Source: Eledone cirrhosa
Taxonomy: Eukaryota
Length of the DNA stretch: 64,000 bases
Assembly (NCBI GenBank): GCA_964016885.1
Contig: OZ024746.1
Span: 23,994,001 to 24,058,000, forward strand
Direction: 5' to 3'
A model generated the notes under the pieces. It was not told the DNA's origin and did not search any database. It was given only the letters and a program-made list of their open reading frames with translations. Shown here piece after piece: positions 1 to 14,752 of this stretch; positions within the stretch are counted from its first letter, which is position 1; each line of letters begins with the position of its first letter. The translations under genes and the position numbers were made by a program.

Positions 1-246
1 GGTATGGACATGTGATGCGCATGCAGGATGACCGCTGGGTAAAGAAGTGCCAGGAAATGCCAGTTGAAGGAAGACGCAGTAGAGGAAGACCAACATGGGC
101 GGAGGTGGTGAGAGCAGACCTCAGATCGCTGAAGCTCACGGTGGAAATGACGAAGGGCCGTGACAAGTGGAGAGATGCTGTGCTGAATAGGACCCATCCC
201 ACCTTTGCAAGCAGAGAAAAGCAGACGTAAAATGATGATGATGATG
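1..246 (+). mobile_element. 3' end of RTE-clade LINE (family A), truncated by the window edge
   Basis: Encodes WYGHVMRM...GRRSRGRP.TW...DRDKWRDAV, the typical RTE ORF C-terminus. Ends in a (ATG)n tail and is near-identical to 17020-17271. Confidence 0.9.
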
Positions 247-1204
247 TATCCTGTTTTTTGGGGGGGATGGGCATCCAGCTTCAAAACAGTGCCTCAAAAT
301 GGTGCATACAACCCATGTTACTGTGAAGAAGTTGAAGTAAAAATGATAAAATCATTATAATTTATTTTATGTTTGTTTTCCAGACAGGCTGGATGACATT
401 GTTCTCCTCATATGCTCTGTTTTGGCATGATTTATATAGCTGGATGCTCTTCCTGCTGCCAACCACTTTACAGCATGTACTGGGGCATTTTATGGTGGCA
501 CCAGCACTATCACTTTACAGTGTGGACTAAGTGCATCTTATTGTATCACCAATATTACCATTTTGCCGTCTGGTATATCATCATATCATCATCATTTTTA
601 CATCTGTTTTTCTATGAATGCATGAGTTAGATATGTCTTTTCCAGCACAGCCTCCCTCCACATATTGTGTTCCTTAGTATATATGCTTATGTAATATATA
701 TCAGCATCAACTGATGGTCAGAATTAAATGAGGAGCTTATATATATATATAGTAGCACTCACTCACACACTCATACACACACTCACTTTCACTCACACAC
801 ACACTCACTTTCTCTCATACACACACTCACACTCTCACACGTGTGTGCACAAACATGTGTATGTAGTCAGAGATGCTGATGGAAGGACAGCTTCCATCAC
901 TACTGTAGTTTGTCTATGATAAAAAACACATATTCAATGCTAGTTGTTGTTAACAGATAGGTAGAAGTGTGTAGTAGAGATCACAGTTGCTTTATTGTTA
1001 AAACCACAATGGTATGGTATAATAAAATGCCAGTGACCTTTGCTATAAATTCAACAGACATCAGAACCACACCATAACATTGTACAAAAATATGTTTACC
1101 ATAGTTAGTTACATAGCTTTATAATCCTCCCAAATAATATTAAAAGATTATATAGGGAAACGTTATAAAAGATTGATACTGTTTTAGTTGTTATTATTAT
1201 GGTA

Positions 1205-1980
1205 GTAAGGGCAGTGGATTGGCAGGTAGAGCGCCGAACTTGCTTTGCAGCATATAGTTAAGTCCCTTTACATTCTGAGTTCAAATCCTGTGGGGGTCAA
1301 TAAAATAAAGTACCAGTAATGCACTGGGGTTAATGTAATTGACTTCTGCTTCCCCAAAATTGTTGGCCTTGTCAGAAACCATTATTATTATGGTGGTGGA
1401 TTGGCAGTATCGGTAGAGGGTCGGACGCCATGCTTTCCAGCATAGTTACGTCCCTTTACGATCTGAGTTCAAATCCCGCCGAGGTTGACTTTGCCTTTCA
1501 TCCTTACGGGGTCGATAAAATAAAGTACCAGTAATGCACTGGGTAATTGCTGGCCTTGTGCCTAAAGTAGAAACCATTATTATTATGGCAGTCTATTGAC
1601 AGTATCAGTTTAGCATCAGACAAAATACTTTGCTGTATTTAGTTAAGACTTGCGATAATCTGAGTTCAAATTCCACGGGGGTCAATATAAAATACCAGTC
1701 ACATACTGGGGTTGATGTAATTGGCATTGTTGGCCTTGTACCTGAATTAAAAACCATTATTAGGATGATGGATTGCCAGTATCAGTAGAGCATTGGAGAA
1801 AATACTTTGCGGTATTTAGTTATGACTTTCTACATTCTGGGTTCAAATTTCTCCAACTGAGGTCAACTTTGCTTTTCATCCTTCCAGAGTAGATAAAATG
1901 AAGTACCAGTTAAGTGCTGGGGTGGGGATATAATCAACTTTACCCTTCCCCCAAAACTTGCTTGCCTTTTGCTAATTTAA
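1205..1980 (+). mobile_element. Head-to-tail array of about 5 tRNA-derived SINE copies ((ATT)n-tailed family)
   Basis: Repeated ggattggcagtatc.gtagag head, B-box-like gagttcaaatcc, gcctttcatcc...gataaaataaagtaccag body and ggccttgtgcctaaa..agaaaccattattatt tail. Confidence 0.85.
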
Positions 1981-3164
1981 AAAAAATTATTTTTTTAGTG
2001 TTTTGTCAGTTAGGGAAGGGCAGTGCCTGTGATCCTTTTCAAGGCTTTCAAAATATGCAGGGAAGGAAGGTACTTCTGAACTAGAGACCTGGTCTGACTG
2101 CTTGCCACAGAATGGACTCCACTAAAGGCACCCAACAGTCAGATGGTTGTGTCAAACCAGGCGACAGATTATCTTTATCACTCATGTAAGCCACAGTGAG
2201 ATTTGAACTCAGAACTCAGTGAGCTAGAACAAATACTGCAAGGCATCTTATCCAATGCTCTAGTGACTCTCTCTCTCTCTGATTGAACTAGTACTATATT
2301 TTATCAAGCACAAACAAATAAAAAGTGAAGCTGACCATGTTGGGAATTATATTCAAAACACAGCGAGTCAGAACAAATTTTGCTTAACATATTGTCCTGT
2401 ATTCTAATGACTCTGTCAACCCTTGCCAATATACTACACTTCAGACACATCCAACCCTTGCCAATATACTATACTGTAGACACTGCCAGTATAGAAAAAT
2501 GGATGTTTTAATGTTAAAGCAAAAGTAAGGTGAATGATATATTTATATATATTTTTGTTGTAAAAGTATGTATACCAAAACTGCTGCTGCTGTTGTCATA
2601 TTGATGCATTAGATGTGGCCATGGATAATATTAACTGAATGGATTGCTCAGTTTATAATCCTCTTTGCTGCTATGTGAAATACACTTGGCAAATGATTGA
2701 TACTTTTGAAGGAAATAATAATAATAATTATTATAAAGATGCAATGGCCATAAGTAGTAAAATACTGAAAGAGTAGTAAAAGACCTAAAAACTACCAGAA
2801 ACCAATAATGGTTCTAAGATATGGTATGTTTTAAAGTATTTGTATTAATCTAAAAATCTTCCATCATAATTTTATCTATCAACTTTAATGTTATGTTCCA
2901 ACCCTCGGCTTTTAATAATGAGAAAGTTAGGTATTTTAGAAAAATCCTTCTAAATTTTTGATGATTTCCAAATTTAATTGAAAATCATGAGCTATGTCTT
3001 TCATTAGAAATATGAAAGTGAAATTGTTAAATTTGTTTGTTAGAATATAAATAAATATATCTTGATATTGCTTGCTATAATATTCTTTGACAGGTTCCAT
3101 TTATTGGACAGAAAATAAAAATCCACATTAGATACTGTAGTTTGGAAAACATACACATAGGTCA

Positions 3165-3252
3165 TACACGATTGGAAAGTTCTGTCCTACACGATTGGGA
3201 AGTTCTGTCCTACACGATTGGGAAGTTCTGTCCTACACGATTGGGAAGTTCC
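3165..3252. repeat. 23-bp tandem repeat, about 3.7 copies
   Basis: Unit tacacgattgggaagttctgtcc repeated directly. Confidence 0.9.
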
Positions 3253-3475
3253 TAGACCTCATTCGTTTATTGAGTGGGGTCAGATTCGTCAAATCAGAAA
3301 CAATATTTCCATTGGTCTTTCCATTGCTGATACTATCTACCAGTCATAACTCTTGACAAGAAAGAATAACATGAAATAAAGTATCTTGCTCAAGGACACA
3401 ACACATTACGCAGTCCAGGAATCGAACTTGCAACCCCATCATTGCGAATCCAATTCTCTAACCACTAAGCCACAT
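3253..3475 (-). mobile_element. tRNA-headed SINE, second family (other copies near 12275-12515, 18265-18400, 21805-21930, 28700-28905)
   Basis: Minus strand starts tggcttagtggttagag (A box) and gttcgattcc (B box), then gtgtccttgagcaag. Body tcagaccaaggaaacaatgtttccattggtctttccattgctgatactatctacc recurs at the listed sites. Confidence 0.75.
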
Positions 3476-6400
3476 GTGATGTGATTAGTGGTTAATTCAG
3501 GGCCAAACTTGGTCTAAACAACTTTTCATCATTGTCTTACTGGTTTTCCTGCTGACATGAGTTGAATGGGTTGTCTCAATATGAAACCAGACAAGTTGGA
3601 AAGCATCTTGCTCGTAAGTTCCATATTTTAGCATAGTTTCTACAGCTGGATGTTCTTCCTAATTTTCACCGCTTTACAATGTATTCCATGCATTTTATCA
3701 TGGCACCACCACTTTACAGAGTTTACTGAGTGCATTTTATCGTATATTTATGTACCTAAGTGTGTATGTTTTTCGAATGCATATGTGTGTATTGTATATA
3801 TATATGTATGTATTTAAGTGTGTGTGTGTTTGTCTGTATATATGTGTTTGTGTATGTCTATATATATGTGTGTTTATGTGTATATTTAACCTTCAAGATA
3901 TATATTTCTCATGCATCACGCATACATACACACACACATGTATGTATAAAGGTTATTTCAGTTGATGTCATTGGCTTTTCAGTGTTGTTTTTCTAAAATG
4001 TTTATTTACTTAAAATGTGTCAAAGCGTTTAACCCATTTGTTACCATACTTCTAATGCAAAACTTTGTCTTGGTTTTTCAAATCCTCAAGAATTTGAAGG
4101 GATGTCTAATAAAATGCACTCCATTTCAATTAATTAATTATTTTAAGGGATTTACTAAGGGTCTTTAGATGCTCTCATTCCAAATTCCTCACAATAACAT
4201 GTTTTATATTTCTGATATCAAACCACCTGAAACCTCCCTTGTTCTATGATACAAAACTGTTTGTTTTAGAGTGCTCATATTAAAATTAAACCTTCCATTA
4301 TAAATCTATGTATAAAAAAAACACATTTAATAATAAAATAGTTATTTTACTAAATTCCTAAAAATCTCTTGTTTTCAAAATTAATTGAAAAATCATTAAT
4401 ATGGTAATGAAAGGGTTAATTCATTCCAAGTTTTAGATAAAAATGTTTTAGATGGAATATGAAATACATAGCAAATGAGATATTTCAACTATAATAGTCA
4501 AACTATTTCCAAAAATTATATTTTACCATGATAAAATATGCCTAGTACATTCTGTAAAGTTGGTGTTAGGAAGAGCAGCTAGCTGTAGAAACCATGGCAG
4601 AGAAAGGATTAAGAGAACTTTTCAGTTGTGTTAAAGACATATCTTTTCTAGTGCTGGTGTCACAGTAAAATACATTCAATACACTCTGTAAATTGATTGG
4701 TATTTGGTAAGGGCATCCAGCCATAAAAAAACCTATGCTATAACTGGAATGTATGCAAGCATGATGTGCCTGAACCACCTAGGACAGTAGCTCAGATTAA
4801 GTACTCATCTGGTTTTTAATAAGCCATTCAGTCCACACCAGCATTGAAAGATGGATGTAAAATGATGATATCCATCATCTTTATCCCTTCCAGCTTCTAG
4901 TTTTAATTGTAGGATAGGACTTGACAACCTCTCTTGTGTTGGTACCACAATAGAATAGACCACTTTGTAAAGTGTAGTGTTGGTTTAAAAGTTGAAGTCT
5001 GTTCTTATCCAAAGGCTCATCAGGCAGTGCGTATCCTTGGTTTCATTGGTGTTAAGCAACTGAGAGTACAAGAGTACAAGACACTCTCTGGACAGGTTGC
5101 TGGTCTATGACAGGATTAACTCCCCAGCTACTGTTGGTAGTCACTCTCAGCTGAGTCTACTGAAGAAATATGAAATGAAGCATTTTGCTGAAGAACACAA
5201 CGCAACAGACTGTCCAAGAATTGAATCAACGACATTATGATCATACGTCAAGCAGCCTAACCATTTGGCCATGTGGTTTCAGTGCTAATGCTATGATAAA
5301 ATACACTCTGTAAACATTGTAATACGATAGTGCCAGTGCCACAGTAAAATTCACCCAATATATTCTGTGAAGTGGTAGTGCTATTGTCAGGATAAAATTC
5401 TGCAAAGTGGTTGGCATTAGGGAGAACCTTGAACCATAGAAACTATACCAAATAGGATGAAGAACCACAAGATGTGGTTCTTCATCCTGTTCACTCTCTA
5501 ACCATGACAACCTGTCTAACAAATGACTGCACAGAAAGTAGCCTATAAAATGGTGAGGAGGAGGAGGATTATGATGCAGTCTTGTAATTTGAAAGATTCA
5601 AGGTTATGTGGTTTATATAAAGAAAGAATAAACAATGAGAATGGTGTAAGGAAAATATTGACATCAATCGCAGTGTCAAGAATCTGAGGAAACTGTTGAT
5701 GCCATGCTGTTTGGTAATAAGTTGTTGTCAGCTTGACAATATTTATGCGTTCTAAAAATAAATATAATGGAATTGTTTTTCAAATGAAGTGAATAAATCT
5801 GTTTGTTTCAGACATGTAAAATCAGGATTATTTTATTTGTAGTTTCTGAAATCTGAGAATTGTAGACTGATAAACGAAATTAACAAACAAAATGTCCTTA
5901 AAATATTAAATTTCCAATGAAATAAATACATTGTTGATGTGTTTCTGTTGATTTTGGAAAAATTAATAATTGCTTTTCATTTATTGGCATAGTTACTTTT
6001 AACATCCTGTACCACATGAAGCCACATAAGCAAGACATTCTTGAAAAGTAATCTCAATACTATGACTGAATCACATTGAAAATTAGTCGTTAGTTTCATG
6101 CAAATATTCACAACAATCTGTCCACTAGTAAATGGAGGTAGCCAGACAGGTACCTAACTAACCTCAATATCTGACAATCTGTATAATCCATGCAAGTATG
6201 GAAAACCAAAGCTGCTGTCCTATTTTGTAACATTGAAAAGGAGCCTGGTTAGCCTACTTCTTAGAGGTTAGTTTATCTGTGGGTCAATGTTAAATGTTGT
6301 AAAATACACTGCGTGATTATATAAACTAATAGGACTGGTAACGAATTGTTGGGGTGGTTTGGGTGTCTGGTGTATTTGTGTGTGTGTATGTAACTATATG

Positions 6401-7999
6401 TAGTGTTACATGTCAATAGATGTGTGAGGAAGGTGTTTATAGTGTGCGTGTGTGTACATATGTATCTGTGTGTGTAGATGTGTACGTTTGTGTGCGTGTC
6501 AGGATATGTGTGTGTCAGTGTTTGTATATCAGTGTATGTGTGTGATCTGTTAAACTGAAGTTATCTTTAATTCAAATGTTCCGATATGTTTTCTGTCTTA
6601 TCTCAAGAGAATTTATCAAATTAGTTCATATTAAGTAGAATTCACAAGTGTCTTCTAATATAACATCATGTTGACCTATTATTGCTTTGTGAATAAATCT
6701 GATAGACAGAAACTGTGCTGAAGCCCGAAATGTTTGTAAGCATGCCAACATAGAAAAGTAGATGCAAAATGATGATGATGACATGTGTATATGTTATGGG
6801 TATATGTATGTATGTGTGTGTATCTGTTCCTGCTTGTGCCTTCATAAAGTAAGTTGTGATATTTATGTCCTGCATAAATAATGTCCTACTGCTTAAGTTT
6901 TACAAAGATCAGTAGTATATACCATACTTTATAAATAAAGTATGGGTCGGTGTGAGAAGGGGCATCTGGCTGTAACAGAAACGTTCACTTATCAGGCCAG
7001 TATTTATCCTGGTTTCCGTGGTGTTGAGCAACTCAGAGTACAAGACTCTCTCCTGGACAAGATGACAAAATATTGTAGAGTTAAACCCCCAGCTACTGCT
7101 TGGTACTCATTTTCAGCTGAGTATACTGGAGCAATGTAAAATGAAGTGTTTTGCTGAACATAACATGCAACCCAGTCCAGAAATTGAACTCACGGCTTTA
7201 TGAGTCCAACACCCTTACCACTAGGTCATGAGCGTCCATTGCCTGAAAATATTCTTCAGAAAAATTATTAATTTTATAAAAATCACACTTTTCCCCTCTC
7301 CCTATAACTGTAAAATTTTATACTTAAGAAATCCTTATGAAACTGCTTAACTAAAGTTTTCAGAAACAGTTTGACTGACAAAATAAATTTCATGTGTGTA
7401 TTTATTTACATTTTCCTGAGTCAATTTACTGGAATAACTTGATGCTGAAATTTGTAGCTGGTATATATATTTTTGACTCGTAATCAAAGAATTCCTTCAG
7501 AGAATCTAGTCAGACCTGATGCAAACCAAACATTGTTTTCACCTCAGTGCTAACTTTATTAACATGTAGTAATAGAATTTGCCACTGAGGTCATATTTGT
7601 CATTAAAAAATAACATTAGGTTCACTTCTTTGCTGACTTTATTGCCATCTTATTAAATTTGAAAATGTGAGAATCCCAAACACAGAATATAACTATAATA
7701 ATATTCAATCACTATAAATGATAATTGAGAAAATTGGGTAAATTACCCTTAGTAACAGAAAAAAAAGTGGACAGAGGCACCTATGAGGAATTGAACCCCA
7801 TATGTCTCAAATGCAGATTATCTATCTAAGTAAATATTTCTTTGATTAAAGTTTATCTCACAAAATATTTCTTCAACAGAATCTGGTCAGTTTTGAAGCA
7901 AAAATAGGATAGGTAAATAAATAGAATAACAAGTGACACACTAACACCTTTGTTGCCTTCAATTTATACCAAAATCTACCATCCATTTTGCATTATCAT

Positions 8000-9105
8000 A
8001 TCCTTTAAATGGCCTTGTTCAGTATGTAGGAAAGGTGTAGGTAGGAACTCCATTCTCTGCCCCAAATGCAAACAATGGGTACACAAGAGATGTAGCGGGA
8101 TCTCAGGAAGCTTAACTAAGAATGTAGGCTTCACATGAAGCAGCTGTGCTGGGACAGCAAACAGCCACAGGAAACAAGCCACCAATCTTTGGGAGGGCTC
8201 TGTAGAAACAGTAGACAGCTTCTGCTACCTAGGTGACCGAATTAGCAGCAGAAGTGGGTGTTCGGAAAGTACAATAACTAGGATAAGAATGGGATGGAAG
8301 AAGTTCAAGGAGCTACTGCCACTGCTAGCTGCAAAAGGCTTTTTCTTCAAAATGAAAGGCAGACTGTATGATGCGTGTAAACGAACAGCAATGTTACATG
8401 GTAGTGAGACTTGGGCACTGTCTGTGGAAGACTTGCGTAGATTAGAAAGAAACGAAGCCTGCATGCTCCGATGGATGTGTAATAGTAATATACGCGAATG
8501 GCAAAGCATAAATGAATTGAGAGAGAGACTGAGTATAAGAGGAATCAAATGCTGTGTGCAGGAGAGGCGGTTGCGCTGGTATGGACATGTGATGCGTATG
8601 AAGGATGACAGCTGCATAAAAAGGTGCAGAGCACTAGAAGTCGATGGAAACCGCGGAGTGGGGAGACCCAAGAAGACCTGGGATGAGGTGATAAAAGCCG
8701 ACCTTACCCAATTACACCTCTCAAAGGCGATGACACACGACCATGACCTCTAGCGACCCACAGTAATACAGAAGACCCCCCCCCCCCCACGAGGTACAAG
8801 CCGAAGCTGAAGCATATAGACAATATGCACCCACACCCTCCCACTGCAAAGTGTTCATGAATGTGCCATGGGAAAAAAGCACCCAGCCCACACTGTAAAG
8901 TGGACGTGTAGGCGCCACGGAAAAAAGCACCCAGCATGCATTGTAAATGAGGTTGGTGTTAGGAAAGGCATCCAGCTGTAGAAATCAAGCCAGAATCAGT
9001 TCCCGTATGAGCAAGACAAGGTCAGCCGACCAGACACTGCCCACAACAGGACAACCCGTCTAACCCATACTAGCGTGGAAGAATGGACGTAAAACGGTGA
9101 TGAAC
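8000..9105 (+). mobile_element. 5'-truncated RTE-clade LINE (family B) with PHD-like finger and long 3' UTR
   Basis: KWPCSVCRK...CPKCKQWVHKRC, FCYLGD, GWKKFKELLPLL...HGSETW...RLRWYGHVMR...GRPKKTW. Contains in-frame stops. 3' end ggacgtaaaacggtgatga. Confidence 0.9.
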
Positions 9106-10083
9106 ATCCTACTTTATACACTAACACAGTGCTTCAAGCAAACTACAACACCCTCTTAAAAATAAAATTATTTCCCCACATCCTGCTAATTTTATTGACA
9201 ACTGTCCAAAGATTTCTTTCTCAAAATCTCACTAGACTTGAAGCAAATCATTATTTTTATCTACTTACTAATTTATCAACATCTACTCAAAGAATTCTTG
9301 AACACAGTTTGGTTGGACCTGAAGTAGAACAAACAATATTTTCACTTCCTTGCTAACTGATATGTCTAGTTTAATGGAAGTTGATTCTGATTTTTTCATA
9401 AGATATAAATTCTTTAATGGAGAAATCACATGCATTGTGAGAGAATTAGCAGTGAAAACTAAGTGGTACTTTAGTTGAGAAGGTGGTATGAATCTATATG
9501 TTGTGTGTCTGTTGATTTAGATCTTTTCATAAGATATGTAAGCTCTTTAATAGAGTAATCATATGCATTGTGAGAAAACTGTGAAAATTAAGTGAATCAT
9601 GTTTTAGATGAGAAGCTGGTATTTATCTATCTGTATGTTCTGTGTCACAGTCTAGCTAATGTGAAATATACATATGTGTGTATATATGTTTGTGTGTATG
9701 TTGCCTGTGTATATGTGTTTATGTATGTTTGTGTGTGTATATGTGTATGTATATATTCGTGTGTGTATGTATATAAGTTTGTTTGTATATGTATATGCTT
9801 GTGTGTATGTGTAAATATTCATGTGTCTGTATGTACATATTTTTATATTTGTGTATGTGTGAATGTGCATGTATGCATCTGTATATATGTGTGTGTGTGT
9901 GTATATTCATGTATTTGAATATATCTGTGTATATGTGTGTATCAGTGGCACCACAAACAAAGTGATACTGACATCTCCATTAATCACAATTCAGCTTATT
10001 GATCACACAACAGATCTCAACTTGAGGTTGAATTCAAGATTTTAGTTCTGTTTCTATTTCAGGCATTAGATTGATGCTACTGC

Positions 10084-10255
10084 ACCATCATTACTGTTGC
10101 CACCATCATCATAACAACCATCATCACCATCATCACCCCCATCATCACCACCATTATCATCACCACCATTATCATCACCACCATTATCATCACCACCATT
10201 ATCATCACCACCATTATCATCACCACCATTATCATCATTACCATTATCATCATAA
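10084..10255. repeat. CAT/CAC-rich repeat with 15-bp periodicity
   Basis: (catcaccaccattat)n. It explains the poly-His and Asp/Gly pseudo-ORFs. Confidence 0.9.
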
Positions 10256-13200
10256 CATTTAACATCCACTTCTGCAATTCACTCACAATCATCCACACAC
10301 ATACATTCAAGTGTATAATTTTAATTACCATTTTGATTATCATTTGAGATGTAAGTATCCCAGAAACAACCGTCTAGGACTTTGAGACTGAACAAGTTTA
10401 ATGTTGAGCAACATAAGATTTTTTCCTTAAATTTTGTCAACATTATAACATTAATTCACAATATATAGTGATAGTTTCTGGGATATTTACATCTCAAATG
10501 GTATCTCATTTTTTCCAACACGCTGTATATCATGTATACATATATTACACACATTGATATTCAGTTCATGGCAATAATGCATTTTCTAAACACACTTCAT
10601 ATATATATTTTTTAACTCTTTCATTACCATATTTCTAATGAAGCCTATATATACATTTTCAAATAATGTTGCAAGTACAATGGCTGACCAAATATTATTG
10701 GCAGTATCGGACAACATGCTTTGCAGCATATAGTTACATCCCTTTATGTTTTGAGTTCAAATCCCACCATGGTTAGCTTTGCCTCTCATCCTTACAGGGT
10801 TGATAAAATAAAGTACCAGTAACATACTGGGGTCGATTTAATCGATGTTCCCCTCCCCTAAAATTGTTGGCCTTGTGCCTAAATCTGAAACCATTATTAG
10901 AGGGAAACTCCAGTGCCACTTATGACATGAGATTGAGTGTGCATGTCTTCTCCCAAATTTTTCCACTTGTTCTTTTATGTATATTGTGTGTATTTTTATA
11001 CATTCTATTGAAATAAATATATATATATGTATACAGATCATGTTTTATATCTTCGAATGTCTGATGTTCTGAGTTTTTTCTTTGGTAGCTGATTTATTAG
11101 GTTGGATGAATTAGTTGACAGATGCCAAATTTGGTGTCCCAGTCATTCCAAGATATATAAAAGATTTGATGTATGTACCAGTATTGAGTTGTCTCACCGC
11201 CATAAAGAAAAAATCAAGACTTATGGGGTATTCATCATCATCATCATTATTGTTGTTTAACATCTATTTTCTATGCTAGCATGGGTTAGCCGGGTTGTCC
11301 CATTTGAGGCAAATCAAGTCAAGTGACCATGTCTTGTTCAAACAGATCTATTTCTGACTTGGTTTCTACGGCTGGATGCTTTTTGTTGTAACACCAACTC
11401 GACCACTTTACAGTGTGGACTGGGCGCTTTTTGTTGTATCACCTACATGACCACTTTACAGTGTGGGCTGGACGTTTTTTGTTGTGATACCAAAACGACC
11501 ACTTTACAATGTGGGCTGGGGCAGGAGTGACGGAGCGGTAAATGAATGGGTGAAGTGTTAGGGCATGGGAGGTGTATGGAAGGAGGATAGGGGTTAAGTA
11601 GTGTATACTAGAATGTATGCTTCAATCAGTGCACATGGTAAGGTGGGTCTTCTGTATTACTACATAATTCAGTAATGCAATTAAGTTGAAATATAACTTG
11701 CAATATAACTTGAAATATAACTTGCAATTGAAATATAACTTAAAGGTTCTTACATAAAATTATGATGGAAGGTTTTTAGATAAATATAAATACGTAAAAA
11801 CAAACAGCTCTGTATTGTTGAAGTAGGAATGGTTTTAGGTGGTTTGATATGAAATGGATTAATTAAATTAACCAGAATCATTAGAAATTATTTTTTTCTT
11901 CCTATCAGCTATTATTTCCTCCAAATTAATATCCGGTGTTCTATTTTATATGTATTATTGTATGTTTTCTTCTCTTTTTATATTGTAACTTGGATGTGAT
12001 AGTATCACTTATTTCACCTATCCTATATCTTCTCTCCTCCTAAAAGAAAATCAATACAACTATACTAAACTATACTAAATTTAGCAGCAGGGTTGGTAAA
12101 TTACAGTAGCAGGATGGATTTCTTCATTTCTTCCTCTCTTATCTGTTTATAGTTTAACCCATTTGATACCAAACCCATTTCTATGATACAAAAATGTTTA
12201 TTTTAAATTGTTTACATTTATAAAAAAAAAAACAACCTTCCCTCATAATCTTCAAGTTATGACCCAAGGAAAGATTGATTGACAAGATCCCAGAGACACT
12301 ACTCACTTACTCAGTGGAGTGGAACTTGTCGAATCGGACCAAGGAAACAATGTTTCTATTGTTCATATTATCTACCAGTCGCAATTCCTGGTGGCAGAAA
12401 GAGCAACTTGAAGTAAGTTTTTCGCTCAAGAACATAACACATTACCTGCTCCAGGAATCACAACTTCACAATTGCAAATCGAATTCTCTAACCACTAAGC
12501 TATGTACCTTCATGTGATTGAAACACCAACATAATAAAAGAAAGTTAGTTATATTTTTAGTTAGTTTAATTTTTTAGTTTTTTTTTTTAAAGCAATGTGC
12601 TATATTTAAAAAATATTTACAATATAATGATATAACAAAAGTGGGGGAGAAGAATATGGTATCAAAAAACTTTCCATCATAATTTTATGCAAGAACCTTT
12701 AAGTTATGTTCCAAACATCAACTTAATACTGAGAAAGTTAGTTATATTACTAAATTCTTCTGAATATTGTAATAAAAAAGGGTTAGTGTTTATATTTGTC
12801 TCAAAATCTTCCATCATAATTTTTATGTAAGAAACCTTTAAGTTATGTTCCGAACACCAGCTTAACAGTGAGAGTTAGTTAAATTACAAAATCCCTCCAA
12901 ATTTGTGATGAGTTTCAAAACTAATAGTGTCTTTCATTAGAATTATGGTAATGAAAGGGGTTAATTATTTTTTATGGTTGGGAGTACAAGCATGATAAAT
13001 TACAGCTAGAGGATTAATTCCCCCTTCTCCTTCTGATAGCTGTTTATAGTTTAATTTGGGGTTGGGTTGTGGTAGTCCTGTTTGCATTGATAGAATATTT
13101 GCCTGATGACAACCAATTGTAACTAGCAATTTAATATAGAGATTGATAGTTATAACTGATTGTGCCTATTTATATTTTCCCTTGTCTACCTCTTTTGATT

Positions 13201-13516
13201 TGTTACCTACTCTCTTCTAGCCAATAATTGTTAAGGTTCGTGCCACTACAAAATACACTCAGTTCTCCCTGTAAAGTGGTAGTGCTGGATCCATTATAAG
13301 ATACATCCAGTACACTCTGCAAAGTGATAGTGCTGGTGCCATAATAAATTGCACCATTAAATTCTATTGAGTGGTAGTGCTAGTGCCACAATAAAATGCA
13401 CCAAGTACACTCTGAAAAATGGTAGTACTAGTGCCTTGTTAAATTGCACCCAGTATATTCTGCAAAAGTGGTTAGTATTAGAAAGGGCCTCCAGCCATAG
13501 AAACATTTAATGTTTA

Positions 13517-13718
13517 CTGTATATGCTTGAATATAAGCGGAGGAATATGTGACCAAAAAATTGAGGGTGGGGTTGGGGGATTATATTTACCTTCTAAGCA
13601 ATGTGTTGATTAGCTGCCTCGGCTTATAAACAGGGTTTGGATTTTTGCCCATTTCTCAGACATAAAATAGTGGGGGTGTTGCTTATATTCGTATTGGCTT
13701 ATATTCAAGTATATACGG
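13517..13718. mobile_element. Tc1/mariner-superfamily (pogo/Tc2-like) MITE, 202 bp
   Basis: TIRs ctgtatatgcttgaatataagc / gcttatattcaagtatatacgg (reverse complement ccgtatatacttgaatataagc), flanked by TA at 13515-16 and 13719-20. Confidence 0.8.
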
Positions 13719-14182
13719 TAATTTGAAATGAGGCCTACATTCATATCTGGCCTGAGCCTTATTAACAGTATTACCAGAGCTTCAATATATCCAGCTTTGA
13801 TTTTAGTTGAAACTATTGTGTGTTTGAATCAATAAAAGAAACTTCATATCAAAGTTGATTCAATTGACTACTATACCCACTCTCTAGCAAAATAATTGAC
13901 TTTATTACTGCTATCACTCAGAAGAAATCAATATTAAACTCTTTCATATCAGAAGAAATTGTATCAAAGTAGAATGTAAAAATAGAAAAAAAATATTTAA
14001 AGACTCCCAAAACATTTAGATTTTTGCCATTTCAATGACCCATAAACATAGTTTGATGCTGTTGTTGTGTAGTATAGTAGTTTCTAAACAGCTTTACTGT
14101 ATCTAGTTTATATTTATAGTATAAATTAGTTTCACTATATATATATATATATGTGTGTGTTTGTGTATATATATATATATAT

Positions 14183-14347
14183 AATCAGAGTGGAGATGGT
14201 AAAAACCAGTTAAACCATTACTCACCAGAGTACTTGATACTTGGGTAGTAGAGTGGGTAATATGAAAAAATTCAGGACCCCGACGGCTGAGCTCTGGATC
14301 TTAATATTGAAACGGCTGGAGCTCAGCCTTTCGGGGTCCTGAATTTG

Positions 14348-14392
<45 letters not shown>

Positions 14393-14752
14393 CAACAGCA
14401 GCATACACCAACTCATTCAGTCTGCTAATATGGCAAACTGAATGAGTTGGTATATGCCACTCTTGTAACTCATTATATATATATAACTCATCCCACGGAG
14501 TGAGTGCTTTAAACCCTTCTATATTTATATCAAGTTTGTACTACAATATATATATATATTTGTGTGTGCTGTTCATGGACATGAGGATGAGTACTCAATA
14601 CCGAAGTACAGTTTAAATATTCTTTAATATGGCTTAGTGATAAGTCTTGTTCCTCTGGAGTTTCACCAGTCTATTCACAAGATATCTTGTCTCATGATCT
14701 TGTGAGTATGCAGGGGAAACTCCAGAGTAAAATGGTTCATCACTTAGCCATA
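14183..14752. repeat. Cluster of three hairpin (inverted-repeat) modules separated by (TA)n
   Basis: Arms about 14260-14296/14318-14354, 14390-14426/14432-14468 and 14628-14685/14697-14752. Each has an adjacent unpaired tail and TA runs. Confidence 0.85.

Noticed and set aside
7442-7460. Possible missing first SLC25A1 exon (MLKFVA G|gtatat, phase 1)
   Set aside because: Phase fits but it is very short, has a weak donor and no promoter signal. The true first exon is probably upstream of the window.
9592-10045. Cys/Val/Tyr-rich ORFs (also 3750-3996, 52977-53240, 57038-57250)
   Set aside because: (TG/TA)n low-complexity artefacts.
10066-10343. Poly-His and Asp/Gly/Met-rich ORFs
   Set aside because: Translations of a CAT/CAC microsatellite.
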